From: a bacterium
GTDB lineage: Bacteria; SAR324; NAC60-12
NCBI GenBank assembly: GCA_965205865.1
Contig: CBDBHR010000029.1
Coordinates: forward strand, 768,001-832,000
Length of the DNA stretch: 64,000 bases
Direction: 5' to 3'
Positions 39,751-49,986 of this stretch are shown one piece after another; position 1 is the stretch's first letter, and every line of letters begins with the position of its first letter. Both the position numbers and the translations under genes were made by a program. The notes under the pieces are model-generated. The model was given only the letters and a program-made list of their open reading frames with translations, made no database searches and was not told where the DNA came from.

Positions 39751-41073
39751 TTATTTTTTTGAAATCCGGAAAAATAAAGAAAAGGTGGTCCCTTCTGAAA
39801 GTTTACTGGAAACGACAATGCGTCCTCCATGGGCTTCCATGATTTTCTGGCAGAGATGCAATCCCAACCCATAACCACCCGTCTCTTTGGAACGGGATTT
39901 GTCCACCCGGTAAAAAGGCTCGAAAATATAAGGCAATTCTTGTTGGGGAATCCCTGTTCCAAAATTCTTGATACGAATCATGACTTGGGAATGATCCTGC
40001 TCCAGGCTCACTTCTACGGGTTTCGGGCTTTTGCTCGAGTATTTGAGCGCGTTGTTGAGGATATTTCTGAAGACAATGCTAATCCGTTCAGCATCCAGTT
40101 GCAGAGATGGCGTTGCAGGCATGGGATGCAGATCGATTTTGGCATTGGGGTGATTGAAGCTCTGCGCAGTCTGTTGCAGGAGTTGATCGAGATTCACCTC
40201 CTGCAGGTTCAAATGGCCGTATTCGCTGTCCAAACGAGCGGTTTCCAGGATTTCAGAGACCATCTTTTCCAATTCATCCACGTCGTCCCGGATATCATTT
40301 TTGACCGTACTTTCCGCCAAAAACTCGAGCGCCACTTTGATGCGGGTCAAGGGTGAGCGGAATTCATGACTGACGTCGAGCAATAATTGTTCTTTGCTTT
40401 GCAGCATGTGATCGATGCGCCCCGCCATGGTATTGAAGGCGTTTGACAATCCTCGTAACTCTGCGGATCCTTTTTCGGGAACCCGGTGGCGGAGATTGCC
40501 TTCCCCCACTTGCCGGACTCCTTCCTTGAGCCATCGAATGGGTTTGAGTATCCTGCGAATGGCAAAATACGCCCCGAGGAGAATCAAAACCAGGAAAACC
40601 AAGGCGCCCAGAATCCAATTTTTACGAATTCTGTCGTGTTTTTGTCCCAAATCCACGGTAAAGAGAAAAATGCCCTCTCCCTGCTGCAGGGCAATCAGAT
40701 GGATTCCCTGGTAGTGGGCAAAATTCAAATCGGGAAACTCGCGCCATTGGCGCAAATGGATTTGTTCGATGCGGGGCAGCGAATCCGAAGTAGACCAGGT
40801 CGTCGCAGGACTTTCATAACGGATTTTCAGGGAATATTGCCGGGCGATTTTCTGCGCCTTCTCCAGGTCGGGGGGAGTGCCGAGGTCCTGCACGAGATAA
40901 TTGAGGTATCGAGCCACGTTTTCTTGAAAGGCCTCTTGGTATTGCAGGGTGCCACCATGGAAAGATTGCCAGACGACCACGGTGATGCAGACCCCGGCGA
41001 TAATCAGGATGAGCAGGAGTTTGGTAAAGATGGAGCTGAAAAACCCGCGTAATCCTCTAATCCTTTTCTTCAT
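39751..41073 (-). CDS. HAMP-domain sensor histidine kinase
   Basis: Two TMs, HAMP, VSHEFRSPLTR, NALKYS, GYGLGL. Confidence 0.92.
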   Translation of the reverse strand: MKKRIRGLRGFFSSIFTKLLLILIIAGVCITVVVWQSFHGGTLQYQEAFQENVARYLNYLVQDLGTPPDLEKAQKIARQYSLKIRYESPATTWSTSDSLPRIEQIHLRQWREFPDLNFAHYQGIHLIALQQGEGIFLFTVDLGQKHDRIRKNWILGALVFLVLILLGAYFAIRRILKPIRWLKEGVRQVGEGNLRHRVPEKGSAELRGLSNAFNTMAGRIDHMLQSKEQLLLDVSHEFRSPLTRIKVALEFLAESTVKNDIRDDVDELEKMVSEILETARLDSEYGHLNLQEVNLDQLLQQTAQSFNHPNAKIDLHPMPATPSLQLDAERISIVFRNILNNALKYSSKSPKPVEVSLEQDHSQVMIRIKNFGTGIPQQELPYIFEPFYRVDKSRSKETGGYGLGLHLCQKIMEAHGGRIVVSSKLSEGTTFSLFFRISKK

Positions 41074-41758
41074 TTGACGGGATTCCAATGAAGACATATC
41101 CGGCTCCCCAGATTGTTTTGATGAAGGTGGGTTGTTTGGCATCATCCCGGAGTTTCTGGCGCAAACGACTCATGGTGATATCCACGGTGCGGTTGAAATA
41201 ATCGGCTTCGATACCTTTCAATTCATCCAGGATTTGATCGCGATCCAAAACTCTCCCCGGATTTCGCGCTAAAAAAGACAAAGTCGTGAATTCCGTGGTA
41301 GTCAGGTGCAGCGGTTCGTTTCTCAATTTCACGCCGTGTTTTGGTAAATCGATCACCAGTTCCCCGAATTGCAAGAGTTCTTCCCGGGGCGCACGGCTCG
41401 ATCTCCTCAGCACGGTTTGAATACGGGCCACCAGTTCCCGCGGTTCAAAAGGTTTGGGCAGGTAATCATCGGCCCCGATTTCCAAGCCGACGACCCGGTC
41501 CATCACCTCACCACGCGCCGTCAACATGATGATGGGAACCGTATGGGATTTGCGAATGGTTTTACAAGTCTCGAATCCATCCATCTCAGGAAGCATGACG
41601 TCGAGAATGACCAAATCCGGCTTCTCCTTTTCCAGTTGTTTCAACCCTTCTCGAGGATGAGTGGCGGTAATGATTCGAAAGCCGAAATCCTTGAGATAAT
41701 TCTGTAGCAGATTGTTCAGTTTCCCGTCATCATCAATAATGAGAATCAGCGGATTCAT
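41057..41758 (-). CDS. OmpR-family response regulator
   Basis: IIDDD, LDVMLP, MLTARG, KPFEPREL, winged helix IKTIWGAGY. Confidence 0.93.
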   Translation of the reverse strand: MNPLILIIDDDGKLNNLLQNYLKDFGFRIITATHPREGLKQLEKEKPDLVILDVMLPEMDGFETCKTIRKSHTVPIIMLTARGEVMDRVVGLEIGADDYLPKPFEPRELVARIQTVLRRSSRAPREELLQFGELVIDLPKHGVKLRNEPLHLTTTEFTTLSFLARNPGRVLDRDQILDELKGIEADYFNRTVDITMSRLRQKLRDDAKQPTFIKTIWGAGYVFIGIPSNEEKD

Positions 41759-41851
41759 AGGCAGGCTCCATCGAGTTCTTCCTCCAAAGGGTGGGACTCC
41801 GCTCCTGATTCGGCAAGATACGGCAATTTCAGTAGGAAAGCTTTTCGCAGG

Positions 41852-41877
41852 TGTAACACTTTGTAACAAATTGTATC
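41852..41877. promoter_or_regulatory. Putative OmpR-family binding site
   Basis: TGTAAC-N4-TGTAAC-N4-TGTATC with 10-bp period, upstream of the regulator gene. Confidence 0.55.
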
Positions 41878-42144
41878 GGCCTTTTTCCCCTCACTCGTGC
41901 AACGGTTTTCCGGCCCCGTTGCAGACTGGAATGAGACACGGCCGTGGATAGACGAGCGTAGCGGTCGGATCGTCTTTAAAAAAACGTATCACCTTAGAAC
42001 CTGTTTAAAAATTTGCGTAATAGTAAGAGAGTGCAATAAAGCCAGTTTGCGTGCGGGGCACGCAACTGGCTACTCCATCACGCTGCCTTAAAATAGCAGC
42101 CCGGGAACTGGTAGGGAGGAGAAGAAGAAAGCAGGTGAGCTTGA

Positions 42145-42250
42145 TCGACAAAGAGCCTGATACACGGGAATCCTCCGCATGGTCTGTTGGGGGGCGTCCA
42201 CGCAGAGGGGACCCATGTATTCTCCGCAAGGAGCGAATCAGGCAATCGAA
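42145..42250 (-). other. Structured RNA element 3' of the porin gene
   Basis: Nested helices GCCUGA/UCAGGC, UACAUGGG/CCCGUGUA and CCUCUGCGUGG/CCAUGCGGAGG with G-U pairs, plus a side hairpin. Confidence 0.55.
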
Positions 42251-42265
42251 AAATGGCAGCCGGAC

Positions 42266-43258
42266 TTAGAATGCGTAATTGAAACGTACCCGGAATAGCT
42301 TTGCTTCATCTTTTTCGGATTGCGACACGCCGTAACCGACTTTGATATGAGCTCCTTCCACAAGGGGGGCGACGTAAGAAATAAAGGAATCTCGTTGTAT
42401 AACCCCATCGCTGCTATTTTGATGCAGACCCACTCCAAAGGAACCGGCCATCATACTGACGGTCACGTACCCACCCGTCGAATTGGTTACCACATCATTG
42501 TTATCACCGGAAGTGTAGTTGACCCCCAAAGCAATAGCACCCACGTCTCCTGTCATCTTGAGGCCAAACCCGGACTTATTCTTGTCGTTTACGTTTCTAC
42601 CTCTTTCCTGAGCGGATTCGCTGAGAGTTTCATAAACAGCCGTGATGCCGATACCGCCTAACTTGAGATTCAACCAGGGACGAAAACCGATTTGATTGTT
42701 CTTTTTCTCGTCGTCATCATCTACGGTACCATTCTGAATTCTCACCTGGAACTTCAAGGAATCGTTGGGCGTGAAGGTCAGGTTGAATCCACCTACCGCC
42801 GACTTACTGGCCCAATCCGCAGCGTACCTGCCAACTGCATCAACATTCGGTAGCGCGATATCCTGCCCTGCAGTGTAGAGCCCTTCACCACCTTTTCGTC
42901 CCATGGTGATATTCCAGGCGGGACCTCCCACTTTAAAAAAGTAGTCACCTCCACCAACCGTTCCATCTTGCTTGGCTTCAATGGCGCCTTCTCCCCCGAC
43001 GAAGACGTTGGCCATCATGTCGGTAGTGGCTTCAAATTTTAGTTTAGCCCGCCCACCCTGGGAGTTGGCGGTGGATTGGGTACCATCCGAATCTTTTTTT
43101 GTGGTCAAGACGTCGTTGTTGACTTCGACGTCGCCGCTGACAACAAGATTTCCCTTGACCATACCCATCATTTCTGCCGCCAGAACCGCGTTACCGCAGA
43201 ACGTGAGGCCGCAAACAATTGCGAACACATACATAAATGATCGTCTAATTGATTTCAT
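42266..43258 (-). CDS. Outer-membrane beta-barrel protein (porin-like)
   Basis: Signal peptide, alternating amphipathic strands, C-terminal FRVRFNYAF; AAGGAG RBS. Confidence 0.75.
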   Translation of the reverse strand: MKSIRRSFMYVFAIVCGLTFCGNAVLAAEMMGMVKGNLVVSGDVEVNNDVLTTKKDSDGTQSTANSQGGRAKLKFEATTDMMANVFVGGEGAIEAKQDGTVGGGDYFFKVGGPAWNITMGRKGGEGLYTAGQDIALPNVDAVGRYAADWASKSAVGGFNLTFTPNDSLKFQVRIQNGTVDDDDEKKNNQIGFRPWLNLKLGGIGITAVYETLSESAQERGRNVNDKNKSGFGLKMTGDVGAIALGVNYTSGDNNDVVTNSTGGYVTVSMMAGSFGVGLHQNSSDGVIQRDSFISYVAPLVEGAHIKVGYGVSQSEKDEAKLFRVRFNYAF

Positions 43259-43481
43259 ATCACTCCTTACTTAATAATGAATTCAAATTTACACTCGCCA
43301 CCGCTTGGGGTGGCATTTCAGGTTTGAATGAATTTCAAACCAGATTTCAAACAACCCGGTAAACAACTACCAGATTTGCAGTCAGCATCTCACCTCATCT
43401 CTTCGATTTTCCATAACCGAAATCCATCGAAAACCTCCCTGCCAGACAGTACTGAGAAATTCCGTTGAGACTGTCCTTAGA

Positions 43482-43510
43482 GTTATATAAAGAAATTCAG
43501 GGGATGTCAA
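43482..43510 (-). promoter_or_regulatory. Sigma70-type promoter of the porin gene
   Basis: TTGACA-17 bp-TATAAC on the minus strand. Confidence 0.7.
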
Positions 43511-43697
43511 CATTTTTTCCGTCATTTCAAAAAAAAACACGATTTTATCCATTTTCACGCCAGCTGTACGTTTTTTTCGCAAGAAAACCGTTTTGCGCGA
43601 AATTCATACAGCCAACGCTTATTCCGCTCTCAATCAACAATTCATTCAAATTTCATTCCATTCTACTGCCGTATCAAATAAATATGGATGCTATCCA

Positions 43698-44633
43698 CTA
43701 CGCATCCGCTTCCTTTTCATTTTCGCCGGTGAGCTTGACGAAAATCTCCTCGAGACTCATTTCCATGGTTTCCATAGCAAGCAGCGTCCAGCCTTCGCGG
43801 GCCAGAGCTTCGCTGATTTCGGCCTGGGGTTCCTGGTCCGTGGAAAAGCCGACCAGGTAATAGGGTTCCTGGTAGTCGACGTCGAGCACCGAATCGATGC
43901 GCGCCAGGCGGTCGCAGACTGATTCCACCGGACCCTGCGCTTTCAAACGCAGGCGTTGTTCTCCTTTGAGAATGGAGGAGAGATTTTCGATGCTGTCCTC
44001 TGCCACGATTCTACCCTCGTGAATGATGATGACGCGTTCACAAATCAAGCTCACTTCGGGCAAGATATGGGTAGAGAGCAAGATGGTGCGCCGCTGACCC
44101 AGGGTTTTGATCAACTCCTTGGTCTGAACGACCTGCAGCGGATCGATGCCCACCGTGGGTTCATCGAGAATCAAGACCTCCGGATCATGAATGATCGCCT
44201 GGGCCAGTCCCACTCTCTGGCGAAATCCTTTGGACAATTTACCCGTGATGACGTCAATATACTCTTCAAGGTGGCAGATGTCAACGACTTCGTCGATACG
44301 ACGCTTTGTCGTTTGCCGGTCCAAACCCCGTAATCTGGCCGCGAAACCCAGATAGGCCCGCGTGGTCATATCGCTGTAGAGCGGGATGGTTTCCGGAAGG
44401 TAGCCGATGTGCTGGCGTCCTTTCAAGGAGTTTTGACGCATATTGTGTTCCCCGACCCATACTTCGCCTTCGCTGGGCATGAGATAGCCCGTTATGGCGC
44501 GCATGGTGGTGGTCTTGCCGGCGCCATTGGGACCGAGAAAGCCGACCACTTCCCCTTTGGCGACGTTGAAACTGACGTTATCGACCGCCAGACGTTCACC
44601 ATAGTATTTGGTCATGTTTTCAATGCGGATCAT
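43698..44633 (-). CDS. ABC-2-type ATPase (GldA-like)
   Basis: GPNGAGKTT, LSKGFRQRVGLAQA, DEPTVGIDP, SLEEIF. Confidence 0.9.
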   Translation of the reverse strand: MIRIENMTKYYGERLAVDNVSFNVAKGEVVGFLGPNGAGKTTTMRAITGYLMPSEGEVWVGEHNMRQNSLKGRQHIGYLPETIPLYSDMTTRAYLGFAARLRGLDRQTTKRRIDEVVDICHLEEYIDVITGKLSKGFRQRVGLAQAIIHDPEVLILDEPTVGIDPLQVVQTKELIKTLGQRRTILLSTHILPEVSLICERVIIIHEGRIVAEDSIENLSSILKGEQRLRLKAQGPVESVCDRLARIDSVLDVDYQEPYYLVGFSTDQEPQAEISEALAREGWTLLAMETMEMSLEEIFVKLTGENEKEADA

Positions 44634-45613
44634 TGCTCTTTTTCGTCCTCGGGTTTCATTCTCATCATTTGCCAGCGGGCCCAAGCGTCGGTTTCCGAAT
44701 CCCAACCATTGGTGAAGCCATGAAAAGTGATTTTGTAGAATTGGAATTCCTTGGCTGCCCAATCGTCGACGAGCCGGGCTTTCTGGATTTGCAGCGCTTG
44801 TTCACTCAATTCCCGGGCAGCGGCCTTTTCCCTGACCAGGATGATAGCAAAGAGTTGTTCTTGCAAACGAATCGGTTCGCTGGGCTCGCCCACCTCGATT
44901 GAGAAAGCTCTGTGCGACAACATGGGAGTGAGCGAATTCCGGGGATGCCAGCCGATATCACCCTGATTCTCCCTCGCATCCACGGAGAGATTGACTTCTC
45001 CTGCCAATTCAAAAAAATCCTCGCCTTCATCCAGTCGTTTCCTGACTTCACTGATAGCCTCCATGGACTGTTGGACAATCATATAAATACGAACCTGTTC
45101 CGCCACCGTCGGCGCACGTTGCGCCAGATATTCCGTCAAGCCCCGTCGAAAGACGTTGGTGCGCGCAATTTCGCGGAACTCCTCATCGCTCAGTTGGGAT
45201 TGATTGAGTTGCTGCCGGTACCACTCTTCAAATTCATTTTCTCTGATGGACTCCGCGCCACGTTTGGCCACTTCTCTTAAAAATTGGTCGATTTGCTCGT
45301 CAGTGACTTTGAGATTGTAAGGCGCTTTGGGAGCGCTTTGCCGGATGACTTCTTCGATGGCCAGACGATTGAGCACGGAGGTGGCCCCTCCGAAAGAAAG
45401 ATTCGCTTCCTCAAACTTCATACGTTTGAGGAAATAACCCATTTTCACGCTCGTATCGTTGATCCTCAAGACAACCGTCTCGAATGGTTCGATCTGTTGT
45501 CGGTAGATGGCATAACCTGCAATGGCCCCGATGACAACAACAACGATTACGGCAGCAATCAGGGTTTTCACCAGACTCTGACCCGACTGCTCCTTCTTTT
45601 TATTCTCTCCCAT
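44630..45613 (-). CDS. Membrane-anchored SurA/PrsA-like parvulin foldase
   Basis: N-terminal TM, SurA-N-like helices, GEDFFELA, GDIGW, VGEPSEPI. Confidence 0.75.
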   Translation of the reverse strand: MGENKKKEQSGQSLVKTLIAAVIVVVVIGAIAGYAIYRQQIEPFETVVLRINDTSVKMGYFLKRMKFEEANLSFGGATSVLNRLAIEEVIRQSAPKAPYNLKVTDEQIDQFLREVAKRGAESIRENEFEEWYRQQLNQSQLSDEEFREIARTNVFRRGLTEYLAQRAPTVAEQVRIYMIVQQSMEAISEVRKRLDEGEDFFELAGEVNLSVDARENQGDIGWHPRNSLTPMLSHRAFSIEVGEPSEPIRLQEQLFAIILVREKAAARELSEQALQIQKARLVDDWAAKEFQFYKITFHGFTNGWDSETDAWARWQMMRMKPEDEKEQ

Positions 45614-45679
45614 AAAATATGTCTACTAAAATAAACCCCCTTGTTCAGGGGGCTCTATATATTCATTACAACGGACGTG

Positions 45680-46660
45680 TCAGACGCGATGACAGGCAAC
45701 CCAGTGTTCTCTGCCAACTGTTCTCAATTCCTGCTTCACGGTCTTGCATTCCTCGACTGCCATGTGACAGCGGGTATGAAAAGGACAACCACTGGGTGGG
45801 TTGATCGGGCTCGGAACGTCTCCTGTCAACACGATGCGCTCCCGCGTACGGTCCACCTCGGGATCGGGGATGGGAACCGCAGAGAGCAACGAAATCGTGT
45901 AGGGATGTTGGGGGTCCCTGTAAAGCTGCTCGCTGGAGGTGATTTCCACGATCTTGCCCAGATACATGACGGCGACTCGATCACTGATGTGGCGTACCAC
46001 CGACAGGTCGTGCGAGATGAAAAGATAGGTCAGGTTCAACTCCTCGCGCAGCGTCATCAGAAGCTTGATGATCTGCGCCTGGATCGAGACGTCCAACGCG
46101 GAGACCGCTTCGTCACAGACGATGAAGGAAGGTCTGGCAGCGAGCGCGCGCGCAATACCGATGCGTTGTCTTTGACCTCCGCTGAACTCGTGAGGGTAAC
46201 GATCAGCCATACGTGGCTCCAAACCGACCATGTTCAATAAATTGTTGACCTCTTCTCTGTACAGGCGCCCCTTGGCGAGTTTGTGTACGATCAGGGGTTC
46301 ACCGATGATATTGCCGACGGCCATTCGTGGATTGAGGGAGGCGAAAGGATCCTGGAAGATGGGCTGCATGTGGACGCGCATCCTTCTCAGTTCTTCACCT
46401 TTCATCTCGATCAGGTTCCTGCCTTCGAACAATACTTTCCCGGCCGTCACCTCTTGAAGTTTCAAAATGGAGCGTCCGGTGGTGGTCTTACCACAACCAC
46501 TTTCGCCCACCAATCCCAGCGTCTCTCCTCTGCGGATATAGAAGCTGACATCGTCCACAGCTTTCACTTCTCCGGTCTTGCGCTGGAAAATACCGCTGTA
46601 AATCGGGAAATATGTGACCAGATTTTCCACATCGACTAGTTTTTCCTCTTGAACTGCCAA
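45680..46660 (-). CDS. Oligo/dipeptide ABC ATPase (OppF/DppF-type)
   Basis: GESGCGKTT, YPHEFSGGQRQR, PSPINPPSGCPFHTRC. Confidence 0.92.
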   Translation of the reverse strand: MAVQEEKLVDVENLVTYFPIYSGIFQRKTGEVKAVDDVSFYIRRGETLGLVGESGCGKTTTGRSILKLQEVTAGKVLFEGRNLIEMKGEELRRMRVHMQPIFQDPFASLNPRMAVGNIIGEPLIVHKLAKGRLYREEVNNLLNMVGLEPRMADRYPHEFSGGQRQRIGIARALAARPSFIVCDEAVSALDVSIQAQIIKLLMTLREELNLTYLFISHDLSVVRHISDRVAVMYLGKIVEITSSEQLYRDPQHPYTISLLSAVPIPDPEVDRTRERIVLTGDVPSPINPPSGCPFHTRCHMAVEECKTVKQELRTVGREHWVACHRV

Positions 46661-46673
46661 TTCGACCTCCTTT

Positions 46674-47684
46674 CTATCGACTCAATTTGGCCGCTTCATA
46701 GAAGCAAGCGCGGTAATGATCTTTGCCCACTTCTTCCAATTCCGGCTTTACTTCACGACACTGATCCATGACATAACTGCAACGTTCCGCAAAGGGACAA
46801 CCTATTGGCAGATTCGCCAGGTTGGGCGGCATCCCATCGATGACCGCAAGCTCTTCGGCTTTGGGCTCATCGAGTCTGGGGACCGAAGCCAGCAACGCGA
46901 TGGTATAGGGGTGCTTGGGATCGGAATAGATGACGTCGGTGGGTCCGGTTTCCACCAGGGAGCCGGCGTACATGACGTTGACGCGGTCCACGTAACGGGC
47001 CACCACTCCCAGGTTGTGAGTGATGATCAACACCGCCATGCCCATCTCTTCACGCAGTTCCGCAATCAGTTCCAGAATCTGGGCCTGCACCGTTACGTCG
47101 AGGGCGGTGGTTGGTTCGTCGGCAATGATCAACTCGGGTCTGCAACTGAGCGCCATAGCGATCATGATGCGCTGTTGCATACCTCCACTGAACTGGTGAG
47201 GATAGTCCATCACCCGTTGTCTCGCATCCGGAATGCCGACCAAATCCAGCAACTTGATACTTTCTTCCAGCGCCGTTCGTTTATTCATCCCCCGGTGAAG
47301 CTCCAACGCTTCGGAAATTTGACGCCGCACCGTCAAGACCGGATTCAGAGACGTCGAGGGCTCCTGAAACACCATGGCGATACGGTCGCCCCGAATTTCC
47401 CGGATGCGATCTTCCGTGACCTGCAACAGGTCCTCGCCCTTGAAGACGATCTCTCCACCTTCGATGATACCTGGCGGATAGGGAATGAGACGCAACACCG
47501 ACATGGCACTGACGCTCTTGCCGCAACCGCTCTCTCCCACCAAGCCCACGCACTCTGCCTTATGAACGTGATAAGAGAGCCCGTCGACTGCCTTGACCAC
47601 TCCTTCATTAGTATAGAAGTGCGTCCTCAACCCTTTGACGTCCAGGATTACTTCCTGTCCGTTTATTTCATTCTTAGCTTCCAT
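46674..47684 (-). CDS. Oligo/dipeptide ABC ATPase (OppD/DppD-type)
   Basis: GESGCGKS, YPHQFSGGMQQR, DEPTTALDVTVQAQ, GCPFAERC. Confidence 0.92.
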   Translation of the reverse strand: MEAKNEINGQEVILDVKGLRTHFYTNEGVVKAVDGLSYHVHKAECVGLVGESGCGKSVSAMSVLRLIPYPPGIIEGGEIVFKGEDLLQVTEDRIREIRGDRIAMVFQEPSTSLNPVLTVRRQISEALELHRGMNKRTALEESIKLLDLVGIPDARQRVMDYPHQFSGGMQQRIMIAMALSCRPELIIADEPTTALDVTVQAQILELIAELREEMGMAVLIITHNLGVVARYVDRVNVMYAGSLVETGPTDVIYSDPKHPYTIALLASVPRLDEPKAEELAVIDGMPPNLANLPIGCPFAERCSYVMDQCREVKPELEEVGKDHYRACFYEAAKLSR

Positions 47685-47889
47685 CGTAACACCACAATTT
47701 TGTTTAAGGTCTTATCAATACAACATTTTTTTCGTCGTGTAAACAATTTATCCATCTCCGGCATTCTATTGCTACAGCACCCCGTGTGGCAGTGTCAAGC
47801 AAAAATAATGATTGAATCGAATTTTTTTACGTTACGCTACTTTTTTTAATTTCGCAACCTTTGATTTTTTCTCGAAAAGGGTGAAATCA

Positions 47890-48858
47890 TCAACTGAGCA
47901 CTTCCTTATTGACGACGTAATTGGGATCGAGCTTGCCGTCGAAAGCGTCGACGATGTTTTGAGCCGCGCGAAAATCCATCCGGTACATCGCTTCTTCGGT
48001 CGTACCTGCAATATGCGGTGAAAGGAGAATATTGTCCAGCTCGAACAGTGGCCAGTCCGCAGGGGGAGGTTCGAGGTCAAATGCGTCGAGACCGGCAGCC
48101 GCAATGGTTTTTTCCTTCAAGGCCTGATAGAGGGCTTTCTCCTCCACGATACCGCCCCGTGCCGTGTTGACGACAAAGGCGGTGGATTTCATGGCATCGA
48201 GTTCGGCGCTGCCGACCATCCCTGTGGTTTCTTTTGTTTTGGGGCAGTTTATGGAGAGGAAGTCGACTTGCGGCAGCAAGGCCCGCCAATCCGTGACAGG
48301 CGTAGCGCCCGAGCCGGTAATGACCCGAGGATCGATATAAGGGTCATAAATAAAAATTTCCATCTCCATGGCAACCAGTCTCTTTACCAGGTACCCGCCG
48401 ATACGACCGAAGCCGAGTACGAGAACCTTGCGGCCGGCGAGGTCAAAACAGGGCTCGGCTCTGCGTATGCTCCAATTGCCCTTTCTTATCTCACGGTCGT
48501 AAACGCGACTGCATTTGGCCAGTGCCAGCATCATATAAAGGGCATGCTCCGCCACCGAGACGGAATTCGCAGTGCCCACGACCGCCAGGGGAATGCCTGC
48601 CCGAGTCAATGCCGGGACGTCAACCGAATCGTAGCCGACTCCCAGACGGGCAGCGACTTTCAGGCGCGTGGCCTTTGCCACCATCTGGGCCGTCAAGGGA
48701 GCAAGGCCAAGAAGCACCGCGTCATAATCAACGATTCGGAGAAGAAGGTTTTCCTCCGATGTTTCGGTAAAGAGCTCGTATTCAACGTCGGGGCGAGTGT
48801 CGAAAACCTTCCGAATACCTTCACGGATGCCTGTTTGCACCATCACTCGTTTCGTCAT
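47890..48858 (-). CDS. D-isomer 2-hydroxyacid dehydrogenase (PGDH-like)
   Basis: GVGYD, GFGRIG, NTARGG, EPP, SPHIAG. Confidence 0.9.
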   Translation of the reverse strand: MTKRVMVQTGIREGIRKVFDTRPDVEYELFTETSEENLLLRIVDYDAVLLGLAPLTAQMVAKATRLKVAARLGVGYDSVDVPALTRAGIPLAVVGTANSVSVAEHALYMMLALAKCSRVYDREIRKGNWSIRRAEPCFDLAGRKVLVLGFGRIGGYLVKRLVAMEMEIFIYDPYIDPRVITGSGATPVTDWRALLPQVDFLSINCPKTKETTGMVGSAELDAMKSTAFVVNTARGGIVEEKALYQALKEKTIAAAGLDAFDLEPPPADWPLFELDNILLSPHIAGTTEEAMYRMDFRAAQNIVDAFDGKLDPNYVVNKEVLS

Positions 48859-49031
48859 AACCGTGTTATTTTCTTTCTCTGTCGTTCAACTCAACTGTGT
48901 CGGCTCCTGCGAAAATGAGGAGAATTGCGCACAAATTATCTTACTTATTCGCAGTTGTCAATAAAAAATCCTTATTTGTCTCAATTATTCGTAGTTTATC
49001 GTATTTTAAACAGATTTTCTCAAGCAATCGT

Positions 49032-49448
49032 TCAAGCGGGAATCGAGGTGCCAGCCGCATTGTGAGCGACATGTGTGTATATTTTAGCAGGAAAATTTGC
49101 ATTGCCAGGTTCAATCTCACCCTGGATGCGCGTTGTCCATGTCCCATCCGTTTTCATTTCCGCTTGCGCGCTCAATATCTCTGCTACTTCATCAATATAA
49201 GGATTGATTATCGACGTCATACATTTCGATTGTCAGATCGACTTTGCATAGTTGGTCCTTAATATCCCACTCGACTTGCGCAGCTCGGTCCTCGATTTGC
49301 ATATCGATTCGAGCAATCCGGTCCTCGTAACGGCTGTCGACTCGAGCGATTCGTTCTTCGTAATCTTGAAGCGTAACGCAACCGGTGATAAAAAAAGCCG
49401 CCAATACGATAAAAAAACACTACTGCGATGAAAATTTCTACTTTCCAT
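49032..49448 (-). pseudogene. Probable frameshifted lipoprotein gene
   Basis: Lipobox-like LAAFFITGC split from the start by a T7 run; 11-residue repeats (EERIARVDSRY/EDRIARIDMQI); broken frames. Confidence 0.35.
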
Positions 49449-49657
49449 ATCTTGATCAGCTAAAATTAAATAATCCCATGCCAGCTTTTTATAAATCGGC
49501 GCCGAGTTTCCCTCGGCATTCTCTTCTACATATTCGTCTTTTGGATGTCAAGAAATTTTTGACATACACAGCTCATAATGCGTATATAACCGTCTTTCGC
49601 AGGAATGACAAGGTTTCTCCAAGATATGAAGATTCTATAAGATGCGGTGACCCTGCT

Positions 49658-49986
49658 TATTATCGCTGGCCTGCGCGGGACGGGTTGGGCTGTTTCCCCA
49701 AGTTTCCCGAACGGACCTGCCTGTTCCATCTGTTCAACTCCCACCGTTACCTGACAGCCCACTTATTGGCCAAGCCCATTGCGCTTGCAGCGATCGACAA
49801 CTGCAGGATTGAACTGCTTCAACCCGCCGCCATGGGCTGGATCCCCGGCAAATTGGGAAGAAGCGCTTCTCGAACCTGCGTTGGATCATCGGCTGCAAGC
49901 GGCGCCTCATGCTCATCCGGTTCAGGCAGGTCGTCGGCTGGAACTGCGACGCCACGTCGCCGACATTACCTTTCATCCACTGGTGA
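49658..49986 (+). mobile_element. Degraded DDE transposase fragment (IS982-like)
   Basis: YYRW...FPKFPERT.LFHLFNSH...ID..IELLQP, then frameshift to ...QIGKK.FSN.RWIIG.K...VVGW; family assignment is from recall. Confidence 0.55.

Noticed and set aside
41990..42010. IS5-like terminal sequence TAGAACCTGTTTA
   Set aside because: No partner end or transposase found
46716..47849. Long antisense ORFs (also 56788-57849, 4191-4937, 62529-63284)
   Set aside because: Shadows of well-supported genes on the opposite strand, with no motifs
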